From contig JAMWBK010000005.1 of NCBI GenBank assembly GCA_029953675.1, positions 2,976,001 to 3,040,000 of the forward strand: a DNA stretch of 64,000 nt. The letters run 5' to 3'. A model generated the notes under the pieces. It worked only from the letters and a program-made list of their open reading frames with translations. It ran no database searches and had not been told where the DNA came from. Each line of letters opens with the position of its first letter. Position 1 is the first letter of the stretch. A program made the translations under genes and the position numbers. Source of the DNA: Rhodosorus marinus CCMP1338 (taxonomy: Eukaryota; Plantae; Rhodophyta). Below, one piece after another: positions 39,002-51,006 of this stretch.

Positions 39002-40679
39002 TCAGATGTTGCCGCAGACAGCGAGGAGTGCCTCATCCGTCATACGAGAGGTCCACCAGGGCACCTCGCAGAAGGGGCCGCCAACCCCCATTGCGATAAA
39101 TATCATTCCAAGAAAACCTCCAAAGAGGATAGTGATCGGCGCGGCATACTGGAAGAAGACGCTCAAACCGGTTGTGAAAGTTGCAATGGCGAAAGCCAGC
39201 GGGGAAGAGAGCGATTTCATGAGGAAGAAGTACACGGCAGAGTTGATCAGCCCACCAGCAGCTGAAGAAGTCGACAATGGATTCCAACGATACAGGAGAC
39301 CAAAAACTCTTGGTTAGTGATGCTCAACTCTTGGCAAGGTTCCAAATAAGCAAGGGTTTGATCGACCTACAGGCAGTCACTCCTGGCAGACAAGCAGTGA
39401 TCAGTTTCGTCTTCCTAAGACTTCCCCAGAAGGGCAGAACCGCGAACACAAGCAAGACTCCAGGTCCGAACATGCCAACCGCGCTCACAAAGGCGCCAGG
39501 CAGACCCGCAACGGCAGCGCCAACGAAGGGCGCAAGGTTGAACATCGGACCTGGCATGACTTGTACTAGGGCAAATCCGTTGAGGAAGACTTCTATTGAG
39601 AGAAAACCCCTTTTCACGACCTCGTTCATCATCATTGGAAGAACGACCTGTTGGTGTTTCAAAGACGTTTGGGGAAAGGAGAGCAAGAACTATCATATCA
39701 GCCAGGGTCCACGGTGCCTAGATCAGCAATCTCGGGGTGGTTGATTTCTCCTAACCTGTCCGCCTCCGAAAACGAGAGCTCCCATTCTCCAAAATGCGTC
39801 AAACATGCGGAACAGCACGGGGCTAGGTGAACCGAAAACGGCGTCGATGAGGAACAGAAGCGCGGTAACTCCTCCGAAAACGCCGAAGAGGATGTTTGCA
39901 GTTTTTGTGGTAATGTCTCTGGAGAATTCCATGTTGATGTCTTGGTCAGAAGTGGAAACATCGGTGGCAGACATTGAATCCTTGATGTAGTTGATGAGAC
40001 CACCCCCAGCGAGCAGCAAGGGGTACATCCACTTCACTTGCGTGGGTGGCGTTACGACGGCGGCAGCCGTTGAAATCATCACGATGACCGCTTTGACCTT
40101 ATCGCCCTGTATTACTCGATGTGTGATTGAGACAGCTGCGATCGTAACTTGAGCGAAGGCGGCGGCGATTAATCCATGTGTGAAGAGCGAGATGGTGTTC
40201 AAGACGCCTCCACCACTTCCGTTGAGCATGAGTCCAAAAAATGTCATGAAGAAGAAGCCGGGGAGTTGGAACAGGAAGAAGGACAAGAGTCCACCCATCC
40301 ACCCCGCCTGTACAATCCCAAGAGCGGTGACAAGCTGTGTGGAAGACGGTCCAGGAAGCGCCTGACACATCGAGAAAAGCTCCAAGAACATCTGCTCGGA
40401 GACGCCAAGGATCGTTTGCTTGTCAACAAACTGCTCGTGGAGCAGTGCGACATGCGCTACGGGACCTCCAAAAGCCACCAGCCCAAGAGATCCAAACGCT
40501 CGAGCCAATTCCCTCCACGTCGCCTCGGAAACCTCCTCCTTCCCGACATCATTCTCCTTCAGAACATCGGCCGTAGTCGGAACCTCCAAATCAGCCTTCT
40601 CCTCCACCAACCCAGCTACATCCTTAATCCCCTTCTCAAGATCCTCCTTACCCTTCTCTAACAACTTATCCGACTCCAT
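39002..40679 (-). CDS. chrA: CHR family (ChrA-like) chromate/oxyanion transporter, two-domain long-chain type
   Basis: Two homologous halves, LGLVAFGGPVAH..CQALPGPSSTQ and GALVFGGGQV|VLP..VQVMPGPMFN, with many hydrophobic segments. Confidence 0.9.
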
Positions 40680-40844
40680 ATCTCAATAAAATACCATCCA
40701 AAAAAAAATCATTCAAATCCAAAACCCTACAAATTCAAAAAAACAACAACAAACCATACAACCATCCCCCCGAATCCAAAACCCTCCTCTCTTCCCTCCT
40801 TCATCTCCCTCCCTCTTCCTCCCCCCTCCCTCAAACTCCTCTGT

Positions 40845-40867
40845 TCTCTCTCTCTCTCTCTCTCTCT
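40845..40867 (-). repeat. (TC)n microsatellite (GA on the sense strand of chrA)
   Basis: Read directly from the sequence. Confidence 0.9.
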
Positions 40868-41949
40868 TTCCTCCTCCCCAGTCGCTCCCTCTCCCTCTCC
40901 CTCCCCATTCCCCTTTGCCCAAACCTCACCCAAACACCCCCCTTATAAAATAACTCAAATACATTAAACCTAATAAAAAATAAAACAAATAAACCAAAAT
41001 CGCCATCTTAAATCTTTCCCTACCCCCTTCCCAACAAAATCAATTTTCCGCTTTTTCCGAACTCCCTCCCTCTCTTGCTATCGCACGTCAACGGATTTCA
41101 AATTTTCCCAAAAAACAATCCCAATTTTTTCCCATAGTTTGTTTTTTTTTTCCCTTCTCCGATTTTGAATATTATTTCCCCTATTCCGAAAGAAGGAAAG
41201 CTTTTCCCCCTAAAATTTTTCAAGCGAAAAAATAATCAATCTTTCTCATTTCATCTTTCTAATTTTTTGTTTTCAAAAAAACGCGATCTATAAATTTTAC
41301 TAATTTTATCAAAGGAATAATGATTTTGTTTTAAGTTGAAAAATCGCGCATGGGATTAAAAAAAGGTTTTGGGACAGTAAATCCGTTAAAAACTCAGTTT
41401 TTGACTGGAAATGTATGTATGGGTTTGAGGAAAGGGAGACGGGGCGAGGGGGGGTATATCTTTGACACTTAGATGTTTTTTTAGTTTATGATTATTCGGT
41501 GGTTTGAGGATTGGTAGTTTTGTTTAAGAGGGGTATGATTGTGGAAATGGAATAGGGTTTGATCACAGTGGTAGGAGTTTGGAGTTGAATGTGTTTTGGG
41601 GGGGTGTGAAGTAGTGATCGAGCTGGCTGGTGGGTTTTCGTCCTCCAACATCTGTTTGATGCGCTGCATGGAGTGTCCAGGAATTTTTCGTCGTTCACAC
41701 TGGTTTGTCTGATCTGGCTATAGAAAGGGCTGGAGTAGGGGTTGATTACTTGAACAAAATAAAAAACGGAGAAAGGCCGTGGGCTTTACGTGGGGATACT
41801 CCCACCGCTCGCCCCTTTGGTGGTATACACGTCTCATCGGGGAGAACGTCACGTCACCGGGTTGTCGTGCTTTTCGCGGGCTCCTGTTCTTACTGTGAGC
41901 TCTTCAGTAGACTAGGGACTTCAGGGGAGGTCAAAAAGCTAAGCAGCAC

Positions 41950-43300
41950 GAGAGTTCTGTGCAATTGGATCGGGTACTTATGGAAGAGGTCCTTGAGCCA
42001 ATGGCAGATCCAACGTTGTCAAGAAGTCCAAAATTCTCCACTAGGACTGTCACCGTTAGGTGACTAGAATAGCGCCAGAAGGCAATGAACTGTTTGGCTC
42101 GCTTGTTCGCTCAGTGGGAGATTCAGCAAGGAGGCCTTGTCAATATATAGCTCGAGGAAACCGAGTTCAGAAAAATTTACTAGCTGACCGGATAGCTTGT
42201 GCGGAGGACAAGAGGCTTCCGGTAGATCACATTTCATACTTTGCTGTGTATATATTGGCGAGGCCTCCTCGCTGAATAGAGCTCACCGGGTGGTAGGTGA
42301 GGCGGCTTTTTATTCGGCAAGAGGTTAAAGCGCCGGATCCTGCTACAGACTACCCAGGGACTGTGGAGGCCGCTTGCTAGGCTATTGTTTCTGTCGTGGG
42401 AACTGACGGGCGAAACGAGGTCGGTAAATTAGTTGTCCCAGGGTTCAATTCAGGGGTGGGCACATTACACAGAAGAATTGCTTGCTTCGAACACGCGCTT
42501 CTAGTGTTGCTAGAAGCTTCATGCTGTAGACTGCTGGTGAAGCACCGCTTAGAATCTGACACTCCATAACAAACCTGCCGGATCAAGTGTAACCCCTAGG
42601 CATGTCCAACCATTTCTCGTCCTAAATCGATGTCGAAAAAAGTGTTCATAGTTCGTAGTTCATCCCTGAGGATCAATCAGGTAACGGCCAAACCATACTT
42701 GCCGTGCAACTCGGTACTGCTAGGAACTTACACGTCCTCGCACCAAGAAGTGAACATGAAACAATCTGCACTAGTGCCTGAGAACCAAGCATCCTGAAAA
42801 GGAAGAGATGCTCAGCACTTTTCGCTGGCCCTGAAGGGGCCAATGAGAGGACGGGAAGGACGGCAGAGGGTCTGGTGAGTGCAGAGCACTTGTCTGACAC
42901 TTCGTACTCGAAATGCAAACTTTGGGACTCCTATCATCTCCACCAGACGCAGTTCTAAAGGGGAAGTTTCTGAGCCTTTCATCACTCTGGCGACTTGCGC
43001 AATGGGCGACACAAATCCATGCCTGGGGACATCCAAGTAATAAAAAAAGATCTAAATCACTAGTTTATATCTAGATTGTTTCAACGAAAGGGAATACAAG
43101 CCTAGCACTCAAGAATGGCTTAAATAAAACGGTCCATTCACGGTTTGCAGCCGCACCAGAATCATCCAAATGAGATGATCCCGACTGTACGGGTGGAAAC
43201 AGGATCTGGACTAACTCCCAACAAGCAGTTTCCATAACAAACTGCTTTCCAACCCCTCTCTGGGAGAGACGCCAAGAGGCCATACAAGTATCAACTTCAG
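41950..43300 (-). pseudogene. Decayed LINE-type RT remnant
   Basis: Ordered minus-strand fragments MIGVPK, TRPSAVLPVLS (about 42870), VSDSKRCF (about 42560), TGSLLSS (about 42220) and LELYIDKASLL (about 42150) follow RT motif order, with many stops. Confidence 0.38.
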
Positions 43301-43356
43301 TCATCCACCAATCTATCCTTCCAAACCCAGCCTGGCAAGTGAGCGCTTCACAACGA

Positions 43357-44640
43357 TCACGGCTGTAGTGGCGGGAAGAGGATTTGGACTACTCCCAGCA
43401 AAGAATGTCCATCATAGTTGACCTTCTCCTGCGAATACTGGCAAGGAGGAACGAAAATAAATCTTCTGTCGCCTTCCAAAGCCAGCCCGGCGCGCGATCG
43501 TTTAACGAGGTAGTCAATGAACTGTTCGAAGCCCGGGCGATCCTCAGGAGTGACGGGCTCAAAGTACAGCATCGTAGCTTCTGGCAGAACAAACTGGTTC
43601 AGATGCAGCAGGCTAAATCGCCTCTCGACGACCAAAGTGTACGGGAGACCTTGGTCACCCAACCCGGGACCACGAATCTGGTGCGCATTCAAATTACAAA
43701 TGAACTTTCCGGTCTTTTGCAGTCTGCACTTCCATCTCGGCCTATTGGCCACCTTCGGATATATCTTTCTCCATTTGCTCGGATCTGTAGCCTCGACGGC
43801 CTCATCAATTAGCCGCCATGTGCTCTTATCAGTGTCTAATGACGGCCACAAGCGAATGCACAGCTCTCTCCAGAATCTGTCTTCGCAGCTGAACTCGTTC
43901 CACTGCTTGCAAACAAGCCGGACGTTGGCGAGGTCGGGTCCGTCAAGGAAGCTGAAGATCAGCTTAACCAATTCGTTTGGAAGCCCTTCAATGGAAGCTT
44001 TTGGGGCGGAGCTGTCCTGCATTTTCCTTGTGAGCTCCGTCGCCGCCGAATTGGATGAGACCATCAACAAAGTCCTCAAGTAATCCCTCATGAACGAGGC
44101 AGACCCTTCTCGGAGCTTTGGATGCGCGGAAATATACTGCAGTAGTTTTTCCAGTTCTTGCACCATGCATGGCACTGAATCCACCGGAAATTCTTCGCCT
44201 CGTTTGGACCTAAGAAACAACAGCGGGTTCAAAGTTTAGCACAAGAAGTCTCAAACTTCAGGACGGTGAGGGCACCCTCAAGCAAGAAAAAAGAAGACCG
44301 GGTGCTTTGAAACTTACAAAGCAAGAGTTTGCGGTCGTCTCCTCTTGTTGCTCTCCACGGTTATGGCCTGCCTAACTTCCTCCGCTTCAATCATGCTATC
44401 ATCCGCCGCATTCTCCACGTCATTGGCACGCCATTGCTCAGGTTCCTTACTTTTCTCCATAGTAGTGGAAACCTCTCCCGAATCCGAACTCCTCGACAAG
44501 AGAGCCCTTCGTTTTCTTCCGCTTATTGATTCACCTCCTCCACTACTTGTTAGCCCCAATCCCTCCTTCGTCGTTCTCTCAACACTCACTTCCTGATCCC
44601 CATCGGTGTCAACCACATGCCTCCTTTGATTTTCATTCAT
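43357..44640 (-). CDS. F-box protein with a C-terminal SPOC domain, two exons
   Basis: F-box IEGLPNELVKLIFSFLDGPDLANVRLVCKQWNEFSCEDRFWRELC. SPOC-like WKCRLQKTGKFIC..LPYTLVVERRF..FEQFIDYLVKRSRAGLA..IFVPP..LLGVV. The phase-2 intron GTAAGT..CTTAG joins the N-terminal exon. Confidence 0.82.
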
Positions 44641-45544
44641 CTCAAAACCAAAAGACTCCAAGCCAAGCACTTAGACTCCAACTACACGCCGCCTTCCCGC
44701 CTCCTCCAACCTCCGACTTTTTCTCAACCCTACAACGCCATGCAAACAGACACAAGATCCAAACTTAACAACCCAAAAATCCTCAACAAGTACAAAACCC
44801 CCTTTTCCCTCCTTCCTCCTCACACACAAAACCTCAAACAGTAAACTAAACCCACATGCTCCTCACGAAAAAAAAAACTTCCCCCTCAACTCTCCAAGCC
44901 CCTAAACAAACAACCTTCCAAAACTTGTAAACAACCCAGACCTCGCTCACCTCTTCCTTCCCATCCTAACGACCCTCAAATATACTCCTTCCTCATCTCT
45001 TCACTCCTCCCATAAAGAAACTCAACCTTCTTCTTCACTCCTTCCCCCCTCCCACCCCACTCCTTCCCGTACAAAACGCCTTTGTAATCAACCCCCACCC
45101 CCTCCCTCGCGCTGCGCCTCCCTCCCACAAACACTCAAAACCCTTACTCCCGTCTTCAAAAACCCCGTTTTCATTTTTCCCACTTCCCTTCCCTCTTTCC
45201 AAGTTCACACAGGAAAGAGCTAAAATATTCATCACTAATCACGTTCTTTAGCACCTCCACGGGCCAGCTATTTCCTCAAAACAAACAAAACAAGACGAAT
45301 ATTTTAAAAAAAACATATTCTTGTGGCACTCCCAATAAATTTTTTTTTCTGTCTACGAACTAAAAGGCAACACTAGTCCAGTCTTCCAATACGATAAAAA
45401 CCGCTCTTCTAGATTTTTTCGGTGAAATATATATCAGGGGTAAGATAAGTTCATATAGTTTTAACCCAGCCCTTCCAAGGGCGTTAAAAACGACAGAAAA
45501 TTTTTATCCAATGAAGTTCTGACAGCTGGTGGAATGTAAGTTTA

Positions 45545-45570
45545 TGATTGGATAAAATGAAGATGATTGG
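45545..45570. promoter_or_regulatory. Paired reverse CCAAT boxes (TGATTGG x2)
   Basis: TGATTGG at 45545 and 45564 in an AT-rich intergenic core. Confidence 0.25.
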
Positions 45571-46869
45571 TTACTCTGCCCTGTCGCGAATAAAATTTCT
45601 GTTTGGGGGGGGGGGGAAACATAAAAAATGTGCTATATATTTTATCTATGGGGTTGGATGGAAAATTGATTGAGATGATTGTTCGATTTGGATTATTTTA
45701 TGCCTTCTTGAACGATCTGTTTGTACTTCTCGCCAGCGCCTCCATTATATGTCGGTTTTTGGGGGGGGGGAGGGTGAGAGGTATCTTTTCCTGTTTATAA
45801 GTTTCGAAGTCGGTTTTTTGTCATCCTACGATCAACTTTACTCCATCTCGCTCCCCTCTACCCCCCTCCCCCCCCTTAGAAAACGTTGGAGAAAAAAAAT
45901 CTCATGTAAGCTTTCAGCCAAAAAGAAAATGGAAGGGGGGCCATTTTTTTGGAATCATCAGTTTTCATTTTGCTAATATTTGCCTTGTTTTGGACACAAA
46001 AGCCTCAATATTAGAACTTGTGCAAAGCTTTGTTCTCTACTCGAAAGGGGTAAGTAGTGATTTTGTCGGCGACAGCTTTCTGAATTAACGTTTTTTATTT
46101 AAATGAAGACGCGTCTGTGTGGGTAGGAAGAAAGGGGTGCTTTGGTTGGTCTGATATGTCCCAGATAAAGGACACTGGTCGTATTCTTTCTTTACAAGCG
46201 ATGAGGATCCACTTCACTTTTTGAAAATTTGTACGTTACCTCGGGTATATCGTTTAATAAGTTTACAGATATCGTTTTAGCCTTCGGAAAGACTTGCTCT
46301 GTATGGAGTATATCTCTTCCGAGCACGAGTTGGACAATTGTCTCTGAAAATTGAAATAATATTTCCACTTAAAAGGTTTGACTTTAGGGTATTTCTTATG
46401 GAATTATCAACTAGAGCGATGACTATTGCCGACGGACCGATGATACGATGTAATTGCTTTGTTATTGAGGAATAACAAAAATATGGTAGTACATCTTTAT
46501 GCTATCTTCCATGATATCGAAATATTGGAATCAGGTGGTTCCAATCTGAAGATACTTGTAAACAAGCACTTGTGTCAGAGAATTCACAGGCTCCTACGTT
46601 TACGTACCGGCATCTGTACATACCTGCTTCTGTGTTTGTCGCAGAGTTACGGCGGAAAACAGCATCTACAACTCCGGGCACCGTCCCTTTGACGACTTTA
46701 CTAGTGAAGTTGTCTTCATTGTGAATGGCTCTGAGATTCGGTGATCGAACGCCGCATTGTTGTTTGAAGCGCGTATCATGCGTCTTCGGTAGTTCATCGC
46801 TCTCAGAGTAGATACTCTCTCATACGCGCATTTGCCTTCTAAGCCCGCTGCATCGAACAAGAAGACTAT

Positions 46870-47850
46870 GCACAGGTGGTGCTGGTCGGCGGACAAGGCG
46901 GCACAAATTGGTCAGGTACAACTACCCCCCCTAGCTGAGTAGGACGACGAGATCTTTTCCCAGAGGTTACGAGGATTATCTCCGCGATGGGCAGTTCATG
47001 CGTAAATGGCACCGGGGACGCTGCACCTGTGTTCCGCAGACCGTACCGGCGGTCCCTACTCGACGGGAAGTAGCTCCCCCAACTGGCGGTCATACTCCTT
47101 CGAGTGGGCACAAAGAATATCTGCTGACTGAGCCTCTACTACGTAACGAGTTGATCCTTCAACTACTGTCACGGCTTGATAGTAGTCACTAGCACATTTT
47201 GCATCTTGGCAGCTAGCCCTCGGATACATTTCATTGCCCAGGAGGGCGTACATTTGCATGTTCCCATCGCCATCACGGGGGCTGATGGCGATGGCTTTCA
47301 GGACTGCCAGTGTGTTGTTTCGCGTAGACTGTATCCATGGTTAGTCTGGAAGTGAATATGCAAAGTGAAGCAGTGGCTATTGATTCAAATTATACCTGCG
47401 GATGTGGTTGTCTCGGTGTTCTCACTGAAGCGTTACAGGACCTTACCTAAACATCCTCGTCCAGTCACATGTGTGCATCCAACTTTTGCTCCCTGGAGTA
47501 AATGTGCGTTGCACTTAAAAGCAGGGCGGCGCGTTCCTCAGTGGATAAACTGTTTCAATGCGGGTGCCATGAAGCTTTCGCAATATCCTCGAGCTAAGAC
47601 TAGAGGGGATCTGTTCAGTTGGACAGCGAGCAGGTACAAGATCGGAATTACAACGCCCCATACCTGATCTTCTAGCACATTCGCATCGAACTCGGCTCTA
47701 CGGACTCGTGATGGTTGCATACGCGGCCATCTCTCTTGACCGCGGCGCTGGTATGCCAGCAACCCTTGCGCAGTCTGTGAGACTCTGTTGCTACGGGCAG
47801 CTCTCGCTGCTTTGACCCGTTGCCCGCCGTGCAGCAGTATCACCAGGAAC
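46870..47850 (-). pseudogene. Highly decayed LINE-type RT remnant
   Basis: Ordered fragments WGVVIPIL..LNRSPLVL, IFTSRLTMDTV, DRQLGELLPV and LPIAEIILV resemble RT motifs in the expected order. Heavily disrupted. Confidence 0.25.
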
Positions 47851-48584
47851 TAATATTCATGATTAAAGCAGACGCGTCCAAGGCAAACACCGCTTCGAGG
47901 CTATAACGCGAAGTGCGGTTTGCAGCAGTGTCACTGCCTTTCCTTGCTCTCGAGCGCAAAGCCTATGAGCATCGTGGACGAGATCAACCAAAAGCATTCA
48001 GTGCACATATCTATGACCTCAAAAAAGGGAAAGATTTACACGGTTTGCCAACCAACCCGCCGCTACCTGAACAAAAGCAAAGGCGAACTTCGAACTCCAC
48101 ATGGATCCAGAGAGCGTTGATGGTACCTCATTAAATGCTCATCGTCCGTCGCCCAGTTCCTTCAAATCCGAAACGACTAGGCTCCGCTCTCTTCCGAAGG
48201 CCTCACCTTATCCGGAGCGTGGCGACCTGACCAATTTCTGTAAACAATTTCAGCAGTAACACACTGTCCGTTGGGAACGGTTTTTTCAAAACCTTTATCT
48301 GTCACCTTTGGAATGAATCTTCGTCAGTTATTTTTAAACTAAAATATGAATATATTCTTGTCGTCGGATCGTATCGGTAGATGACGCTTTAGTAACACAA
48401 TTTATACCAACGAAAAACACTGGCGATGGGCGTTTCCTTAAAAGGCCATTCTCTGGTAAATAATATGCTAGAAATTGGTACTGAGACTGAAATAGTTCAT
48501 TTAAAGTATAAATACTGAAAATCTATGTACTAAAACAATAATCCCAGCGGAAAAAAAAGGTCCGCTGATCGTCCATAATAACAT

Positions 48585-48628
48585 GGGGGTGATTTTGGAG
48601 CAAAGCAAAATGCTCCAAAATCACCCCC
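48585..48628. repeat. Perfect 18-bp inverted repeat with an 8-nt spacer
   Basis: GGGGGTGATTTTGGAGCA (48585-48602) and TGCTCCAAAATCACCCCC (48611-48628). Confidence 0.95.
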
Positions 48629-49566
48629 CCAGGTTTGATCAAAACCAGCAACCCGATCCGATAGGTAAGATGTAAATATTTATACCGAAAAATACATTAT
48701 CGCCAAACCGAATGAAATCTATACCCCCTCCCAAGAAAACCAGCACTCGTTCCTTTGTTCTGAAAAATCCAAATATTTCTTCTTGTCACTTTTTTTTTTC
48801 TAATAGAAACAGCTGAAAATCTTGGACATGCCATTTTACTTCCTAAATTTCGTAATATCTGGAACATTCATGGCCGACAGAAAATATCTCGCAAAGGTAT
48901 ATTTTCCGCTCACTTCGTTTTTCATTTAAAATAGGCTCAGTTGGTTTCTATGGACTGGAGCGCTGGGGGGGTTCTCCCAGCGGTCTTCCAAGTTTTTTGA
49001 TAAGAAAAATGTAGAAAATTATGGACGCCCTGGGAAATTTTTAGGCGAAAAAAGATTGATCGATGTTTTTTTATTTGATAGATGATATAACCGGTAGAAC
49101 GGTTGGAGAGTTTCATGTCTTGGTGAGTGGCTCGTAACCCCGTAACTCTCCCCTCTGTGAGCTGTGAGCTATTTATTTTTTAATCTTTTGTTTTGTTTTA
49201 AAATATTTTTTTGTGTGTGTGTCTCCGGTGTGTGTATGACGCTTGACGCCAATTCAATATGAGAAGTGCAGAGCGTTTTTTCACCGGAGGAGCTCTGAAG
49301 GACCTTTTTGAGTTGGAGTGGATTGGTCTTTGGGGTGGGTGAAGGGAAGAGGATAGTGTGTGTATGTGAGGAATATGCTCATGAGGAATTGAGGGATAGT
49401 TGTTTGTGGGAGTATTGAAAGGTTTTGTTTGCTGGTGGAAAGCCCTGGTTTTGGATTGATAAGCTTCGTTAGGGGCGGGGAGGGGGGGGGGATTTCTTTG
49501 TTGGGCCTGTGCCTGTTTGTTATTTATAGTGTCGTTGACCTTTGGCCTGGATTTGTATGAGCTGTC

Positions 49567-51006
49567 ATGAAATGGGGAAAGGCTCTTAACGCGAAGGTGG
49601 AGGAGACTCCAGAGTGGTCTCCGTATTTTCTGAACTTTAAGAGTATGAAGAAGGAGCTCAAGGCTGTCAAGGAGATGAACTCCAGAGGTGTTGAGTTTAA
49701 AGGTAGGAACAGGTCTAGCTGTTGTCCATTGTCTTTCTCTTCGAATCTTGGTTTGAGTACTCTTACTGAGGTTGGATGTTCTTCGCATCACGTAGCCGCT
49801 TTGGCGTAGTCGTCTTTGGTGGGTTTAGTTTGGGAATCGTACTGAGATGGAGTTTGTATTTCTATGTGCTCAGAACGAGACTTGGACATGCACGGACTGA
49901 CTACACGCGAGTCTGATTCCAAGGAAAAACTGCTGAAATGTACGACGGACGCAATCGTGCCGTTCCTGGACAAGCTGAACGCGGAGATTGCAACCATTGA
50001 GACTTTTTTTGTAGCAACACTTACACAACTAGAAAAGAAGCTGAATGAGATCGAACGAGAACGCCGGGCATCGGTAAGTCGAGGAAAACCTCTTTGGTCC
50101 GGGTATCGCGAACTTAAGTAGCATCGAAATCGCTGAGTGTGGAAACGTTGGGTGATCTTGTGCGTGATGCAGGATGACGAACAGAAAGGAGTTTTGGCCC
50201 TGCGGGAAATCAACCGCAGCCTGAACGCGCTGGAGGAGTTCTCGCGGCTGAACTACATCTCAGCAGCAAAAATTCTGAAGAAGCTTGACAAGAGCATGGA
50301 GTCCGAGGTGAAAACAATCTACATTACTGAGATACTCAATGTTCAGACGTTCCACACTGCGCTCTCTTCGACTCTCCGAAACTTGAGCGAAAGAGTGGAT
50401 GCAATTTTAAGCGCAGGGTCTGATGTGTTCATGGCAAACTCGGGAAGCGACAACTTCAACAAAAACGCCCGGCAACGGTCAAACAATGCAAGGGATCTGA
50501 ACAATGACGTGGAGACGACTGAGGTCCTGCGACATGTTTCACTTTGTGTACCGCTGCGGCGAACTGATGGAGAACTCGAGGTTCTTGTCGTAACCGAAAA
50601 CGACGGCTCTCCTCACCTAGTGAAAGCACATATTGAGGCCGGAGAGACGAGTGTAGAAGGTAGTGCATTCATCAACCCCCTCAACGGACTTGACAAAAAG
50701 CGACTCACGAATATCACTATATATGGGTTTTTCTTTTGCTTCCTGATAGCGTTACTTCGGGAAATGAGCGAATTGGCAGGTTTGGCTGTGGGCCAAGAGC
50801 GAAATGTCGGGGAGTATCTGTCCACCACGAAGAAGAACACCGTTTACTACGCGTATACGGTGGTTGTCGAGCGCGAGCTTGAGGATTGGCCAATGGCTAC
50901 AACCGTTCGAAGACGATGGCTGCAGATAGACGAATTGATTTCCGAGCTCGAAGACAACACGGGAGTCCGGGTGCTGAGAAAGATCAATGAGAGTCCGCCC
51001 ATTTGA
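49567..51006 (+). CDS. SPX domain fused to a DIPP-type (plant NUDT17/18-like) Nudix domain, four exons
   Basis: SPX: MKWGKAL..PEWSPYFLNFKSMKKELK, FLDKLNAEIATIETFF and LEEFSRLNYISAAKILKKLDK. Nudix: LRHVSLCVPLRR..EVLVV..KAHIEAGETSVE|ALLREMSELAGL..ELEDWP..RRRW. Introns 49703-49873, 50074-50172 and 50660-50749 are all phase-consistent. Confidence 0.85.
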
